Assembly (NCBI GenBank): GCA_927441425.1 | Contig: CAKMKG010000001.1 | Coordinates: 150 to 64,149 of the forward strand | Direction: 5' to 3' | Length of the DNA stretch: 64,000 nucleotides | Origin: an uncultured Bacillota bacterium | GTDB taxonomy: Bacteria > Bacillota > Clostridia > Peptostreptococcales > Anaerovoracaceae | Shown here: in pieces, positions 50,501 through 60,238 of the stretch | Numbering within the stretch: the first letter of the stretch is position 1 | How the letters are laid out: each line of letters starts with the position of its first letter | Translations under genes and position numbers: made by a program | Notes under the pieces: model-generated | The model's database searches: none | What the model was told of the DNA's origin: nothing | The model's input: only the letters and a program-made list of their open reading frames with translations

Positions 50501-50673
50501 TGTCAAGAATTGTTTCCTTAGCAGACAGTTATGATGCGATGACAAGTGATAGACCTTATCGCAAGGCATTGACAAAAGAAGAGACAATTCATCAAATTCT
50601 TGAGAACTCCGGCACCCAGTTTGATCAGCAGATTGCTAATATCTTTATTAATACTGTGATGCCCGACTTATAA
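47509..50673 (+). CDS. PocR-multi-PAS-GGDEF-HD-GYP protein
   Basis: N-terminal PocR (LQKIQDLF..FC..C..SD..C..GL.D..GQ), PAS repeats, RPDD I-site, GGDEF, HHERWDGKGYP. Confidence 0.92.
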   Translation: MENNNGISFDTKNQESKYTFSDYFDVAELQKIQDLFSEATGVASIITEPDGTPITEPSGFCGLCNEIRKTEKGFIHCKLSDSIIGKTNEVGPNIQRCYSGGLLDAGASIIVEGKHIGNWMIGQIIDEDQPEEALKNYAVAIGLHEAVFQKELLKVKRMPRSQFESISNFLFKNAQMISRYAKNIAELSYELEQKNRHEAEIKKLNEELEEKNKEIKKFFGVSSDLFSITDIRGNFYNYNKAWESILGYTEEDLKTMRYQDYLHPEDVYAYYQVMKQIEETGKNIGFTPRFRHKDGSYRYVEWSCIKEGRYYYSADRDVTERMETERALHETERSKATLISNLPGIVYRCKNDENWTMTFLSEGCYELTGYKPEELLENSKISYTEIIAPDFREALNKLWGEELAERKVSQVEYPIITASGKTKWVWEQSQGVCDSHGNLIASEGYITDITERRETEQALISSDSRLRRAQEIAHIGNWELDLKDYKIWASDEAFKIYGIEKRSDYLNLKEVQQIVAEEDRPRMDDALKSLINESADYNVDYQIIRPKDGSKRILNSQAIIEYDSNGNPSKVSGVIQDITKKKQSEQILKESEERFRTIFLQSPFGIALVDSVSHWIYQANNKYVEILGWSIEELNSMNWSNITDPEDLDSIGLWDTFQKGEIDTFCASKRFIRKDEAYVWTNLTISRVEVENYNNKMHIVMLEDITQNKKAEEEIQYYSMHDQLTDAYNRRYYEEEIKKLDQKENLPISIIVGDVNGFKLFNDAFGYSQGDKLLKRVAEIIRSVCRPDDIVLRWGGDEFVIILPKTGMKDTVALVDQIREKCAKEVINEINISISLGWDVKKEEEYDIRKTMKNAEDQMYKHKIVESEGLRGNVIKTVIHTLHEKSPREEMHSIRVSNISQSIGKALQLPELEVNKLKAVGLLHDIGKIGVEGSILDKVGALTQKEYEEVKRHPDIGYRILSASSDMKELAEITLSHHERWDGKGYPKGLKGEEIPILSRIVSLADSYDAMTSDRPYRKALTKEETIHQILENSGTQFDQQIANIFINTVMPDL

Positions 50674-50700
50674 TGCGTATTAGAGATACGGGCTATTTTT

Positions 50701-52518
50701 ATGGTAAATTTAGAAAGGCTGAAGGTTATGGAGGATCATCAATGCTATGACAAGTTGTTTATCGAATCGCCTTCAGGTTACGCGGTTCATAAAAAAGTAT
50801 CCGAAAACAAGGAGGGTTTTATCGATTATGAATTCATCGATACCAATACGTCCTTTGAGCATATTATCGGTTTAAAAAGAGCGGACCTGATTGGCCAGAG
50901 TATGAAAACGATGCTCCCCAAAATTGAGAATGTTTCATTTGATTGGATTGGTTTGTATTATGAAATAACGATGTTTGGCAAGTGTATTGATCTGGAGGTA
51001 TTCGCAGAACCATTGGATAAATGGTTTCAAGTAAAGGCCTATGCATTAAACGACAGGGATTTTGTCACACAATTTACGGATATTACAAAATATAAAAACA
51101 AAATAAAACAATATGAAAAGGAAGTCCATTTATATGAGAATGCAATAAAAGGCGCCAATGTCGGAATCTGGGAGTGGAATGTAAAAACCGGCGAGCAGGT
51201 GATTGATGAACGTTGGGCGTCTATGATTGGCTATACCGTTGCTGAATTATCCCCAATCAGTATCGAGACTTGGAGAAAATTATCCCATCCGGAGGATTTG
51301 GAAGAGGCAGAGAGCAAACTGAAATTGCTGTTTATGAAAGAAACAAAACGATACTGCTTAGTGTTCCGAATGAAGCATAAAGATGGTCGTTGGCTATGGA
51401 TCGAGAGTAGAGGAATTGTAAATTCATGGACGCCAAAAGGGCAACCGCTGTTAGTAAGCGGAAGTCATATTGACATCACGGAGGAGAAACAACGACAAGA
51501 AGAATTAATCTATCTGGGATACCACGATCAACTTACAGGCTTATATAACCGAAGATTTTTCAATGAAGAATTAATAAGGCTTGATTCGTCCGGAAATCTA
51601 CCGCTGACCATTGTTCAGTGTGATGTCAATGGTTTGAAGTTGATCAACGATTCTTTTGGTCATGAGCTGGGGGATAAACTTCTAAAACGAGTTGCAAATA
51701 ATCTTAGTGACGGATGCAGCCCGGATGGTATCATATCCCGATTTGGCGGAGATGAGTTTGCGTTGATCCTGCCGAAAACAAATAGGAAAGAAGCGGAAAA
51801 AATTATAAAACGGATTAAGGGTATCATTTCAAATGAAAGAGTAGGCGGGCTTGAGATTTCTGTCTGTTTTGGATTTGCTACAAAGAATCATGCTGAGGAG
51901 GAGATCAAAACCGTATTCAAGAATGCCGAAGATCATATGTATCGTTATAAATTATATGAAAGCAAGAGCGCCAGGAGCAAGACGATTGATTTAATTATCA
52001 ATACGCTGTATGAAAAAAATAATCGTGAAATGCTCCACTCAAAAAGAGTGAGTACTCTGTGCGAGTCCTTTGCAAAGTGGATCGGGATAGGAAAAGAGGA
52101 AGTAAATATCGTAAAAGTAGCCGGATTGATGCATGACATCGGAAAAATAGGAGTCGATGAAAAAATTTTAAATAAAAGTGAAACGTTAACGGATGCGGAA
52201 TGGGAAGAAATTAAAAAACACTCTGAAATCGGGTATCGGATATTAAGCTCAGTCAGTGAATTTTCAGAAATAGCGGAGTATGTTCTTGAGCATCAGGAGA
52301 AATGGGACGGTACTGGATATCCAAAGGGATTGAGCGGTGACGAGATCTCTCTCGAAGCCAGGATTATTTCAATTTCAGATGCTTACGATGCAATGACCGG
52401 AGATCGAGCCTATGGAAAAGTACTCTCAAAAAAAGAAGCCTTAGAAGAGATACAGATGTGCGCCGGATCACAATTTGATCCCCAATTGGCAAAATTATTT
52501 ATAGAGATGCTTCAATAA
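50701..52518 (+). CDS. PAS-PAS-GGDEF-HD-GYP protein
   Basis: GIWEWN..HPED PAS_3, GGDEF, MHDIGK, HQEKWDGTGYP. Confidence 0.92.
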   Translation: MVNLERLKVMEDHQCYDKLFIESPSGYAVHKKVSENKEGFIDYEFIDTNTSFEHIIGLKRADLIGQSMKTMLPKIENVSFDWIGLYYEITMFGKCIDLEVFAEPLDKWFQVKAYALNDRDFVTQFTDITKYKNKIKQYEKEVHLYENAIKGANVGIWEWNVKTGEQVIDERWASMIGYTVAELSPISIETWRKLSHPEDLEEAESKLKLLFMKETKRYCLVFRMKHKDGRWLWIESRGIVNSWTPKGQPLLVSGSHIDITEEKQRQEELIYLGYHDQLTGLYNRRFFNEELIRLDSSGNLPLTIVQCDVNGLKLINDSFGHELGDKLLKRVANNLSDGCSPDGIISRFGGDEFALILPKTNRKEAEKIIKRIKGIISNERVGGLEISVCFGFATKNHAEEEIKTVFKNAEDHMYRYKLYESKSARSKTIDLIINTLYEKNNREMLHSKRVSTLCESFAKWIGIGKEEVNIVKVAGLMHDIGKIGVDEKILNKSETLTDAEWEEIKKHSEIGYRILSSVSEFSEIAEYVLEHQEKWDGTGYPKGLSGDEISLEARIISISDAYDAMTGDRAYGKVLSKKEALEEIQMCAGSQFDPQLAKLFIEMLQ

Positions 52519-52534
52519 TGGAAGGGAAAACATC

Positions 52535-53479
52535 ATGACAGAACAATCCGCAAAAATGTTTCAAGCGATTTTTGAAAATTCCCCTGTTGGCCTGGTGATT
52601 GTAAATCAAGATACAACACTGCGACAGGTAAACCACTATATGTTCAGTGTGTTTAAACTCCCTCCGAAAACCATTGAAGGGAAAATGTTTGGAAATGTTT
52701 TTCATTGTGAAGCTGTCAATTATAATAAAGAAATTTGCGGAGAAGCAGACGAATGCAAGAATTGCGGGCTGCGGAGCGGAGTTACAATGGTGCTCAACGA
52801 AGGCACTACAATTCCCGATACGATTATGGATCATGATTTCATAATTGATGGAGCAAGCCGGAAAAAATGGTTTAAAATCAGTGCGACAAGAATCGATTCC
52901 GAGGAAGATACCTTTGCAATCGTTTCCTTTGTTGATATTACGACGCAAAAGGAATATGAAGAGATTCTGAATAATCAACTTTCAATCGATATGGCAACGG
53001 GAATCACAAATAAGTATACTCTTTTGAGTACCTTGAAAAGTCTGACCGCCGGAAGTGAAAGCCTGTCAGTCGCTATGATCGATTTCGATGGCTTTAAAGC
53101 AGTCAATGACACATATGGGCATGTGGCCGGTGATCGAGTGCTTAACATCTTCTGTTCCGTGGCAGCTGAAAATTGCAGAAAGGTTGATATTGTTGCGCGC
53201 TTTGGCGGAGAGGAGTTTATGTTGGTATTTCCGGGAGCGTCTTCTGATCTTCTGATCAAATCATTAAAAAGGATTCACCGCAACTTTAGAGATGAGTGCA
53301 ACAAGGAGCTCAATATGTGTCCTACATTTAGTGCTGGAATCGCCGAGTTTTCTTCAAGCCAATTGAATGAAATGGATGTAAGTTCAATTATTTCTAAAGC
53401 GGATCATAATCTGTATCTGTCAAAGACCAGAGGGAAAAACATGATTACAGTTGATGGAGTCAGTATGCCCTATGAATAA
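52535..53479 (+). CDS. Cys-rich PAS-GGDEF diguanylate cyclase
   Basis: PAS with HC..CG...CKNC; DFDGFKAVND, RKVD I-site, GGEEF. Confidence 0.9.
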   Translation: MTEQSAKMFQAIFENSPVGLVIVNQDTTLRQVNHYMFSVFKLPPKTIEGKMFGNVFHCEAVNYNKEICGEADECKNCGLRSGVTMVLNEGTTIPDTIMDHDFIIDGASRKKWFKISATRIDSEEDTFAIVSFVDITTQKEYEEILNNQLSIDMATGITNKYTLLSTLKSLTAGSESLSVAMIDFDGFKAVNDTYGHVAGDRVLNIFCSVAAENCRKVDIVARFGGEEFMLVFPGASSDLLIKSLKRIHRNFRDECNKELNMCPTFSAGIAEFSSSQLNEMDVSSIISKADHNLYLSKTRGKNMITVDGVSMPYE

Positions 53480-53499
53480 ATCACGATGAGATCACGGTT

Positions 53500-53530
53500 A
53501 AAATCCTTACCAGGCTGGTAAGGATTTTTT
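53500..53530. terminator. Bidirectional terminator
   Basis: AAAATCCTTACCAG-G-CTGGTAAGGATTTT. Confidence 0.85.
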
Positions 53531-54282
53531 TACGTTTCGATCTGCCCGATCGGGTTTCCCTGATCTGCCTGTCCAGCCTTTTGCGCAGTCAACAGCTTAT
53601 TTATGATCTCTTCGATGAAAATAATGAAAACCGTTCTTGATTTCTCATAGGGCTGCAGATCACTGGGCTGTGGATATTTACAAAGCCAAAAGAACCGATC
53701 ACAATTCGCAAGTAAGGCGGCGCTGTATTCTTCAGCAATGATCAACAGTTCACAGCCCTTGCTCTTGGAAATATTGGAAATATTTTCGAAGGAACGAAAG
53801 GCTCCTGTGGTGGTAAATATAACGAGCAGCGTATTTTGATCCACCATGTTCGCCACCGAGACTTCATCTCCCACGGCGAGAATGAACTTGCTGGAACAGG
53901 TCCGCAGCCGATATTCAAAATACTGAGCACAGATGAAGGAAGGCCCGTATCCAAACAGAATGATTCGCTCATGATCATTCACCATTTCAATGAACTCGTC
54001 CACAAGTGTATCATCAAAATCATCGATAAAGTGTTTGATCCGCTCCAGCTCACGAGAGGGCTCTTTTTGAACGACTTCTCTTCCATAGAGGAAGTCCATA
54101 TATTGTTTGTAATTCGTAAAGCCAAGCTTTTTCACAAATTTAGAAATCTTGGAAATGGAACAGCCGCACAGTTCGGCTGCTTGTGTAATTTTTACATCAG
54201 AATGAAGTTTTGTGGAAGCAAGCAGCTGATGATAGATCTGTTCTTCCAGTGGATTCAATTTGTTGAAGTCAATATGTATCAT
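53530..54282 (-). CDS. RpiR/MurR-family regulator (HTH + SIS)
   Basis: I..AAE.CGCS.SKISKFVKKLGF.NY; SIS domain FGYGPS; divergent from the catabolic operon. Confidence 0.88.
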   Translation of the reverse strand: MIHIDFNKLNPLEEQIYHQLLASTKLHSDVKITQAAELCGCSISKISKFVKKLGFTNYKQYMDFLYGREVVQKEPSRELERIKHFIDDFDDTLVDEFIEMVNDHERIILFGYGPSFICAQYFEYRLRTCSSKFILAVGDEVSVANMVDQNTLLVIFTTTGAFRSFENISNISKSKGCELLIIAEEYSAALLANCDRFFWLCKYPQPSDLQPYEKSRTVFIIFIEEIINKLLTAQKAGQADQGNPIGQIET

Positions 54283-54436
54283 ATTGGGTTCTGTTCCTCT
54301 CCTTCTGATCAATTTTTAGTATCTATACTCATTCTAACATCTCTCCCTGTGATGGTAAAGGCATTAATCCTGCAACACGGCGCTCCCCATGCAATCAGTA
54401 TAACATGAGGAAAGCCATTTTAAAAGAGAGAAATGT

Positions 54437-54527
54437 GGAAAATTTTCCGCGAAATCAATAAATACAATAAAAAACAATAAAATTTTCCGAAATTCCTGTT
54501 GACTTGAATCAAGGGGAGTAGTATGAT
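54437..54527 (+). promoter_or_regulatory. Palindromic operator(s) and sigmaA promoter of the ygc-like operon
   Basis: GGAAAATTTTCC palindrome (54437-54448), partial copy AAAATTTTCC near 54479; TTGACT-N17-TATGAT (54499-54527). Confidence 0.65.
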
Positions 54528-54602
54528 TTACGCAAATAAAGAATTAGACTGGCTGACGAATCACACTGTGTTAAGTCATGGAGATAACAATGGAGGATCG
54601 CA

Positions 54603-56078
54603 ATGATGAATGCGGAAAATTTACTAAAAAATTTAAGGGGAATGTTACCGGAGAATCAAATCAATACCAATCCTGATGATTTGTATGATGCGGCAGCAGA
54701 CCGATACAAAAAATATGCAAAAGCAAGAAAGGTTTTGGATGTTCCGTCACCGATTGCTATCGTGTATCCAAATTCTGCGGAAGAGGTCAGCCGCTTGTTG
54801 GTTTTTTGTAACAAGAATCAGGTAAATGTAATTCCCAGAGGCGGAAAGACTGCAACAGAAGGTGGGCTGGAAAACTGGAAGAAACTCACCATTGTGATCG
54901 ATTCGGAAAACCTGAATCAGATCATAAAAATTGATGAATACAACATGCAGGCAACGGTGCAGGCAGGTGTTCCATTGCAGGAGCTGGAAGACGAACTGAG
55001 AAAAAGAGGGTATACGACAGGGCATTCGCCGCAATCAAAGCCGGTTGCGAAACTTGGCGGTCTTGTAGCCACAAGAAGTATCGGTCAGTTTTCCACATTA
55101 TACGGTGGAATTGAAGATATGGTGGTAGGACTGGAATGCGTTTTCCCCGATGGACATATTTCGAGAATCAAAAATGTTTCCAGAAGGGCAGGGGGGCCGG
55201 ATATCAGGCACATCGCAATTGGAAATGAGGGAACTTTATGCTATATTACAGAGGTTACTGTCAAGCTGTTTCGGTATTTTCCCGAGAACAACAAATTTTA
55301 CGGGTACCTCCTAAAGGATATTGAAACGGGAATCAGCATCTTGAGAGAGGTGATGGTCAACGGCTATCGTCCCTCTGTTGCACGGGTCTATTCGGAAGAG
55401 GATGCAAGACAGCATTTCTATCATTTCTACAAAGACAAATGCGTGCTGCTCTTTATGGCGGAAGGGAATACAAGCATGGTCAATGCAACCTGCAACGGCA
55501 TCGAAGAAGCGGTTGGACGATTTTCGGATGGGATTTCGGAGCAGGTGGATAGTAAATTGATTGAGGAGTGGTTCAACCACTTGAACTGGTCCCAAAAGGA
55601 TATTGATGACGAAGTGGAAGGCATGATCGAGAATGACAGCCATGCGGGATTCACAACTGAGATTTCGGCAGACTGGGAAACGATCCCGAAAATCTATCAC
55701 AACGTGATCAACCGAATCAGAAACGAATACCCCCGTGCCCATGATTTGACCATGCTTGGGGGACACTCCTCCCACAGCTACATAAACGGTACGAACATGT
55801 ATTTCGTTTACAACTACGATATCAAATGCAATCCTGAAGATGAAATGAGAATCTACCATCATCCGCTCCAGACGATCATCGTAGAGGAAACACTGATCTT
55901 AGGCGGTTCCATGTGCCATCATCACGGAATCGGCAAATACAGAAATGAATGGACGACAGAGGAGCACGGCTCCGCATACTATATGCTGGAAAAGTTGAAA
56001 ACTGCATTTGATCCGAATGGAATCATGAATTTCGGAACTATATTTCCGCAAGAGGAAGGGACCAAATATCAAAAATGA
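54603..56078 (+). CDS. ygcU: FAD-linked oxidoreductase, alkyl-DHAP synthase-like (E. coli YgcU-like)
   Basis: TTGHSPQSKP, GGLVATRSIGQFSTLYG, GPDIRH, GGHSSHSY.NGTNMYF, HHHGIG, FDPNGIMN; similarity to YgcU is from recall. Confidence 0.85.
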   Translation: MMNAENLLKNLRGMLPENQINTNPDDLYDAAADRYKKYAKARKVLDVPSPIAIVYPNSAEEVSRLLVFCNKNQVNVIPRGGKTATEGGLENWKKLTIVIDSENLNQIIKIDEYNMQATVQAGVPLQELEDELRKRGYTTGHSPQSKPVAKLGGLVATRSIGQFSTLYGGIEDMVVGLECVFPDGHISRIKNVSRRAGGPDIRHIAIGNEGTLCYITEVTVKLFRYFPENNKFYGYLLKDIETGISILREVMVNGYRPSVARVYSEEDARQHFYHFYKDKCVLLFMAEGNTSMVNATCNGIEEAVGRFSDGISEQVDSKLIEEWFNHLNWSQKDIDDEVEGMIENDSHAGFTTEISADWETIPKIYHNVINRIRNEYPRAHDLTMLGGHSSHSYINGTNMYFVYNYDIKCNPEDEMRIYHHPLQTIIVEETLILGGSMCHHHGIGKYRNEWTTEEHGSAYYMLEKLKTAFDPNGIMNFGTIFPQEEGTKYQK

Positions 56079-56869
56079 AAATCATGTGCCTGGTGAAATT
56101 CACCCCGGATGTTGAAAACTTTATCTACGATTATGAAAAAAATGTATTGGTAAGAGAAAATGTCAGAATGATCCTAAACCCGGATGACGCCAGCGCATTA
56201 GCCTTTGCGTTGAAAATAAAGAATCGCCGTCCGGAAACCAGCATTGAGATCATCACAATGGCGCCGCAAAGTGTCATCCCTCACATGGAAGACCTCCTAA
56301 GGCTGAAGGTGGATAAGGCAACACTGATTTCTGATAAACTGTATGTGGGGAGTGACACCTATATTACCAGCAGGATACTGGGAAAATATCTGAGCAGCGT
56401 CGCCTACGACTGTATTTTAACGGGTACCGGGGCAATGGATGGAGACACTTCCCATGTACCTTCCCAGCTTGGTGAACTACTGAATATCTGCCAGATGTCC
56501 AATGTGGTAGAGATTGAGGAAGAAACCTTCGGAAGCGAAAGCGCCGTGATCGAGGTGGACGAGGAAAGGAACTTTGCGAAATATAAGATATGCATGCCGG
56601 CTATCTTAAGCCTACAGAAAGTAAGGAACTATAAACTGCCCTATATCAAATACGAGGATCTGGAGCGAAATGTGAAGGATCAGATCACAATCATAGACAA
56701 TGAAACATTAGGGTTTGAGTCAAATCAGGTAGGCATCAGCGGCTCCCTGACCCAGGTTTCCGGCACCTTCGTAAAAATAATGGAGAAGAAGGATAAGCGG
56801 GTTGTAAGGAATGATTCGGAAGGAATTAACACGGTATATCAATTTTTAAGAGATAAAGGATTTGTCTGA
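56075..56869 (+). CDS. etfB: Electron transfer flavoprotein beta subunit (second paralogue)
   Basis: CLVKFTPD, NPDD, GSDTYIT, DGDTSHV, GISGS.T. Confidence 0.88.
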   Translation: MKIMCLVKFTPDVENFIYDYEKNVLVRENVRMILNPDDASALAFALKIKNRRPETSIEIITMAPQSVIPHMEDLLRLKVDKATLISDKLYVGSDTYITSRILGKYLSSVAYDCILTGTGAMDGDTSHVPSQLGELLNICQMSNVVEIEEETFGSESAVIEVDEERNFAKYKICMPAILSLQKVRNYKLPYIKYEDLERNVKDQITIIDNETLGFESNQVGISGSLTQVSGTFVKIMEKKDKRVVRNDSEGINTVYQFLRDKGFV

Positions 56870-57824
56870 TTTGAAAAAGAGCTTGATTTACATAGAACAG
56901 AATCATTTTCAAAACTCCATGGATCTGCTGGAGGTTGTCCGCCAGGTTTACGATGCAGAGGAATATGAAACTTATGGGGTTTCATTCGGTGCAAGCTGCG
57001 ATGAGGCGGAAGGACTGTTTGATTATCTCATCGAGGTTCCGGATCAACGCATTCGGAGTTATGATGTGATCAACATGACGAATGTTCTGGAGGAGCTCCA
57101 GGGATTTTATCATTTTGACAGCATTCTGTTTCCCGCCACACAGCTGGGAAGAATGCTCGCCCCAAGAACTGCTATGCGGCTTCATGTGGGGCTGGTAGCA
57201 GATGTTACTGCCATTCGGCATAAGAACGGCTTTGTTGAAATGGTGCGGCCTGCCTTCAGCGGAAAGATCATGGCCGGAATCGTCAACCGAAATCGCGTTC
57301 CATTGATGATGAGCGTGCGTCAGAATGTGTTTTCCTATCAGGGGGCATCACAGAAACAGACAGAAAAAATCAAATATAGCCCGATCCGAATCGAGGATAG
57401 AAAAATCGAATTGATCGAAGTCAGAGAAAAGGAAAAAACCAGAGACATCCGGGAGAGCGAGATCCTGATATCGGGAGGCGGTGGCACCGGCCGCTATTTC
57501 CCCAAGCTGAAGCATCTGGCAGATGAATTGAATGCCCAGGTTTCAGCGAGCAGAAAAACCGTGGACAGCGGAACTGCTCCCCGAAGCATGCAGGTAGGTC
57601 AATCCGGCAAAACGGTCAGTACGAAGCTCTACATGGCATTGGGTATAAGCGGGTCCCTTCAGCATATGGAAGGACTGAAAAACGTTGAAAATATCGTCTC
57701 GGTGAATACCAATAGGGATGCACCGATCTGCAGCCGGTCGGACATCGTCGTAGAAGGGGATGCCGAGGAATTTATTGAAAGACTGACGGATAAAATCAAA
57801 TGGGAAAAGCAAAGCAGGGAATAA
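56862..57824 (+). CDS. etfA: Electron transfer flavoprotein alpha subunit (second paralogue)
   Basis: GLVADVT, RPAFSG, ISGGGG, QVGQSG, GISGSLQH. Confidence 0.88.
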   Translation: MSDLKKSLIYIEQNHFQNSMDLLEVVRQVYDAEEYETYGVSFGASCDEAEGLFDYLIEVPDQRIRSYDVINMTNVLEELQGFYHFDSILFPATQLGRMLAPRTAMRLHVGLVADVTAIRHKNGFVEMVRPAFSGKIMAGIVNRNRVPLMMSVRQNVFSYQGASQKQTEKIKYSPIRIEDRKIELIEVREKEKTRDIRESEILISGGGGTGRYFPKLKHLADELNAQVSASRKTVDSGTAPRSMQVGQSGKTVSTKLYMALGISGSLQHMEGLKNVENIVSVNTNRDAPICSRSDIVVEGDAEEFIERLTDKIKWEKQSRE

Positions 57825-57880
57825 GAGAACCGAAACCATCATTAAGAATATAAATCGGAGTGTAAATAGGGAGGGACAAC

Positions 57881-58660
57881 ATGAACATTATGGACTTTAA
57901 CATGGATTTCTTTTCACTGAAGGGAAAGAACGCAATTGTAACCGGTGGAAACAGTGGTCTAGGCCAGGCCTTTTCAACAGCTCTGGCAAAGGGAGGCGCA
58001 AATGTTATGGCAGTCAGCGTTATGGAAGATGACGGTGAGACCAGAGAATGGGTCGAAGCCTGCGGCGTGGAATACAAATATGTTTACGCTGACATCACGG
58101 CAGAGGGTGAATGCAAAAGAGTGGTTGACGAATGCGTTAACACCTGGGGCAGTATCGATATTTTGGTCAACTGCGCCGGAATCTGTATCAACATCGAAGA
58201 TGTGACACAATTTACGAGAAAAGAATGGGATAAGATGGTTTCCGTCAATCTGACAGCCGCATTCGAAATGATTCATGAATCCTGTAAATATATGATCAAG
58301 CAGAAAAGCGGCAAGATCGTCAATATCGCATCCTTGTTTGCTTTCCTTGGCGGCCAATGGTCTCCGGCGTATGCTGCAACCAAGCATGGGATCGTCGGGC
58401 TGACAAAGTCCATGTGTGATGAGCTTGCGCAATTCAATATCCAAGTCAATGCCATCTCCCCGGGATATTTTGCAACAAAGCTGACAGAGAAAACCAGAAG
58501 CGACGCCAAGAGAAACGGGGAAATCCTTGCCCATATCCCTGCAAACAGATGGGGATACCTGGCGGATCTAATGGGGACCTGCGTATTCCTGGCCAGCTCG
58601 GCTTCCGACTATGTCAACGGACATAACCTCACGGTAGATGGTGGATACTTAATGAGATAA
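57881..58660 (+). CDS. ygcW: SDR oxidoreductase (KduD-like; E. coli YgcW-like)
   Basis: MDFFSLKGK.AIVTGGNSGLG, GGQWSPAYAATKH (YxxxK), HIPANRWG, DGGYL. Confidence 0.85.
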   Translation: MNIMDFNMDFFSLKGKNAIVTGGNSGLGQAFSTALAKGGANVMAVSVMEDDGETREWVEACGVEYKYVYADITAEGECKRVVDECVNTWGSIDILVNCAGICINIEDVTQFTRKEWDKMVSVNLTAAFEMIHESCKYMIKQKSGKIVNIASLFAFLGGQWSPAYAATKHGIVGLTKSMCDELAQFNIQVNAISPGYFATKLTEKTRSDAKRNGEILAHIPANRWGYLADLMGTCVFLASSASDYVNGHNLTVDGGYLMR

Positions 58661-58706
58661 TGGTTTAATAGAGAATGACATGATGAGATAACGAATTGTG
58701 GAGGGC

Positions 58707-60143
58707 ATGATGAGCGACAAGTATGTAATCGGAATTGATAGCGGTTCCCAGAGTACGAAAGTCTATATCTTCAATCAGCACGGGGAAGTGGTCTGCAGCG
58801 AAAGCGAAGGCTTGCAGCCGATGATGTCGAGAAAACCGGGTTATGTAGAGCATCCGGACGATGACCTTTGGGACAGTCTGAAGATCGTTCTTCGAAAGCT
58901 GATGAAATCATTCCGGGGAGAGGTTAAGGATATCATGGGTTTGGGGCTTTGCTCCATTCGCTGCTGCAGGGTTTTCATGAAAGCGGACGGTAGCCTGGCG
59001 GCGCCCGTTATGAGCTGGATGGATATTCGTGCCTACGAAACCTACGAGGATGCGGCGGAAATAAGCTACACGAGCCCCACCTCGGGCTACCTTACCCACC
59101 GTCTGACGGGCGCATTCAAGGACACGGCTGCCAATGCATACCAAGGACAGTTTCCGGTGGATATGGACACCTGGCTGTGGTCTGATGATACACAGCACTT
59201 TGACAGCTTCAAGATCCCAAGGGAAAAGCTAGTAGAGCTTCAAATGCCCGGAACCATCCTGGGCTATGTGACGGAAAAGGCTTCGGCCGAGACGGAGCTT
59301 CCCGTCGGACTACCGGTGGTTGCAACCGCCAACGACAAAGCAGTGGAAGCATTGGGCTCGGGACTGATTGAACCCAATGTGGGGCTGGTATCCTTGGGGA
59401 CCTATATCACATCCATGGTTCTCGGTAATAAAAATGTTACGGATGCCGGCAGCTTCTGGACGAATCTTTCCTGCATTCCCCACAACTACCTTTATGAAAG
59501 CGGTGGGATCCGACGCGGCATGTGGCACGTTTCCTGGTATAAGGGAATCATCGGCGAGGAATATGCGAAAAAAGCGAAAGCCGAGGGATATAGCGTTGAA
59601 GATTATCTCGCCCTAGAAGCGGAAAAAGTACCTGCCGGTTCCGACGGTTTACTGACCATTCCGGATTGGCTGGCGCCGGCAAATCAATTGTATCGTAAGG
59701 GTGTGATGCTTGGCTTTGATGAACGGCATACCCGCGGGCACATCTATCGATCCTTGCTGGAGGGAATCGCCCTAACCCTGAAGAACAGCTATGACGACAT
59801 GAACCACGAGTTGGGAATCCGTCCGGAAAAAATGATCGTTTCGGGAGGAGGCTCCAACAGCGATCTATATATGCAAATTTTTGCAGATATGTATGGTGTT
59901 AAAACAGTTCGAAATCAGATTAACGGTGCTGCCGCTCTGGGATCGGCAATCTGTGCTGCCGTTGCAACCGGTGTGTACAAGGATTTTAAGGAAGCCGTTT
60001 CCCATATGGTAAAACAGAAAGACGAATTTGTGCCTGACATGGAAAATCATAAAACCTACACCCAAATCAACTCCAAGGCATACCGTCAGCTGCCGGAGCT
60101 GATGGAGAGCACTTTAAAAACGATTTATGAAGCGATGAAGTAA
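58707..60143 (+). CDS. ygcE: FGGY-family carbohydrate kinase (E. coli YgcE-like)
   Basis: IGIDSGSQSTK, EHPDDDLW, SIRCCR, SLGT, GIRRGMW, GGGSNSD. Confidence 0.85.
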   Translation: MMSDKYVIGIDSGSQSTKVYIFNQHGEVVCSESEGLQPMMSRKPGYVEHPDDDLWDSLKIVLRKLMKSFRGEVKDIMGLGLCSIRCCRVFMKADGSLAAPVMSWMDIRAYETYEDAAEISYTSPTSGYLTHRLTGAFKDTAANAYQGQFPVDMDTWLWSDDTQHFDSFKIPREKLVELQMPGTILGYVTEKASAETELPVGLPVVATANDKAVEALGSGLIEPNVGLVSLGTYITSMVLGNKNVTDAGSFWTNLSCIPHNYLYESGGIRRGMWHVSWYKGIIGEEYAKKAKAEGYSVEDYLALEAEKVPAGSDGLLTIPDWLAPANQLYRKGVMLGFDERHTRGHIYRSLLEGIALTLKNSYDDMNHELGIRPEKMIVSGGGSNSDLYMQIFADMYGVKTVRNQINGAAALGSAICAAVATGVYKDFKEAVSHMVKQKDEFVPDMENHKTYTQINSKAYRQLPELMESTLKTIYEAMK

Positions 60144-60238
60144 ATCAGAAACAGCAGAGGGAAAGGTGGTGGATGGAACCCGAAGAAAGCCCAATTCAAT
60201 TCTCGAAGTATAGTAAAAATTTTAAGGAGGAATTCTCT

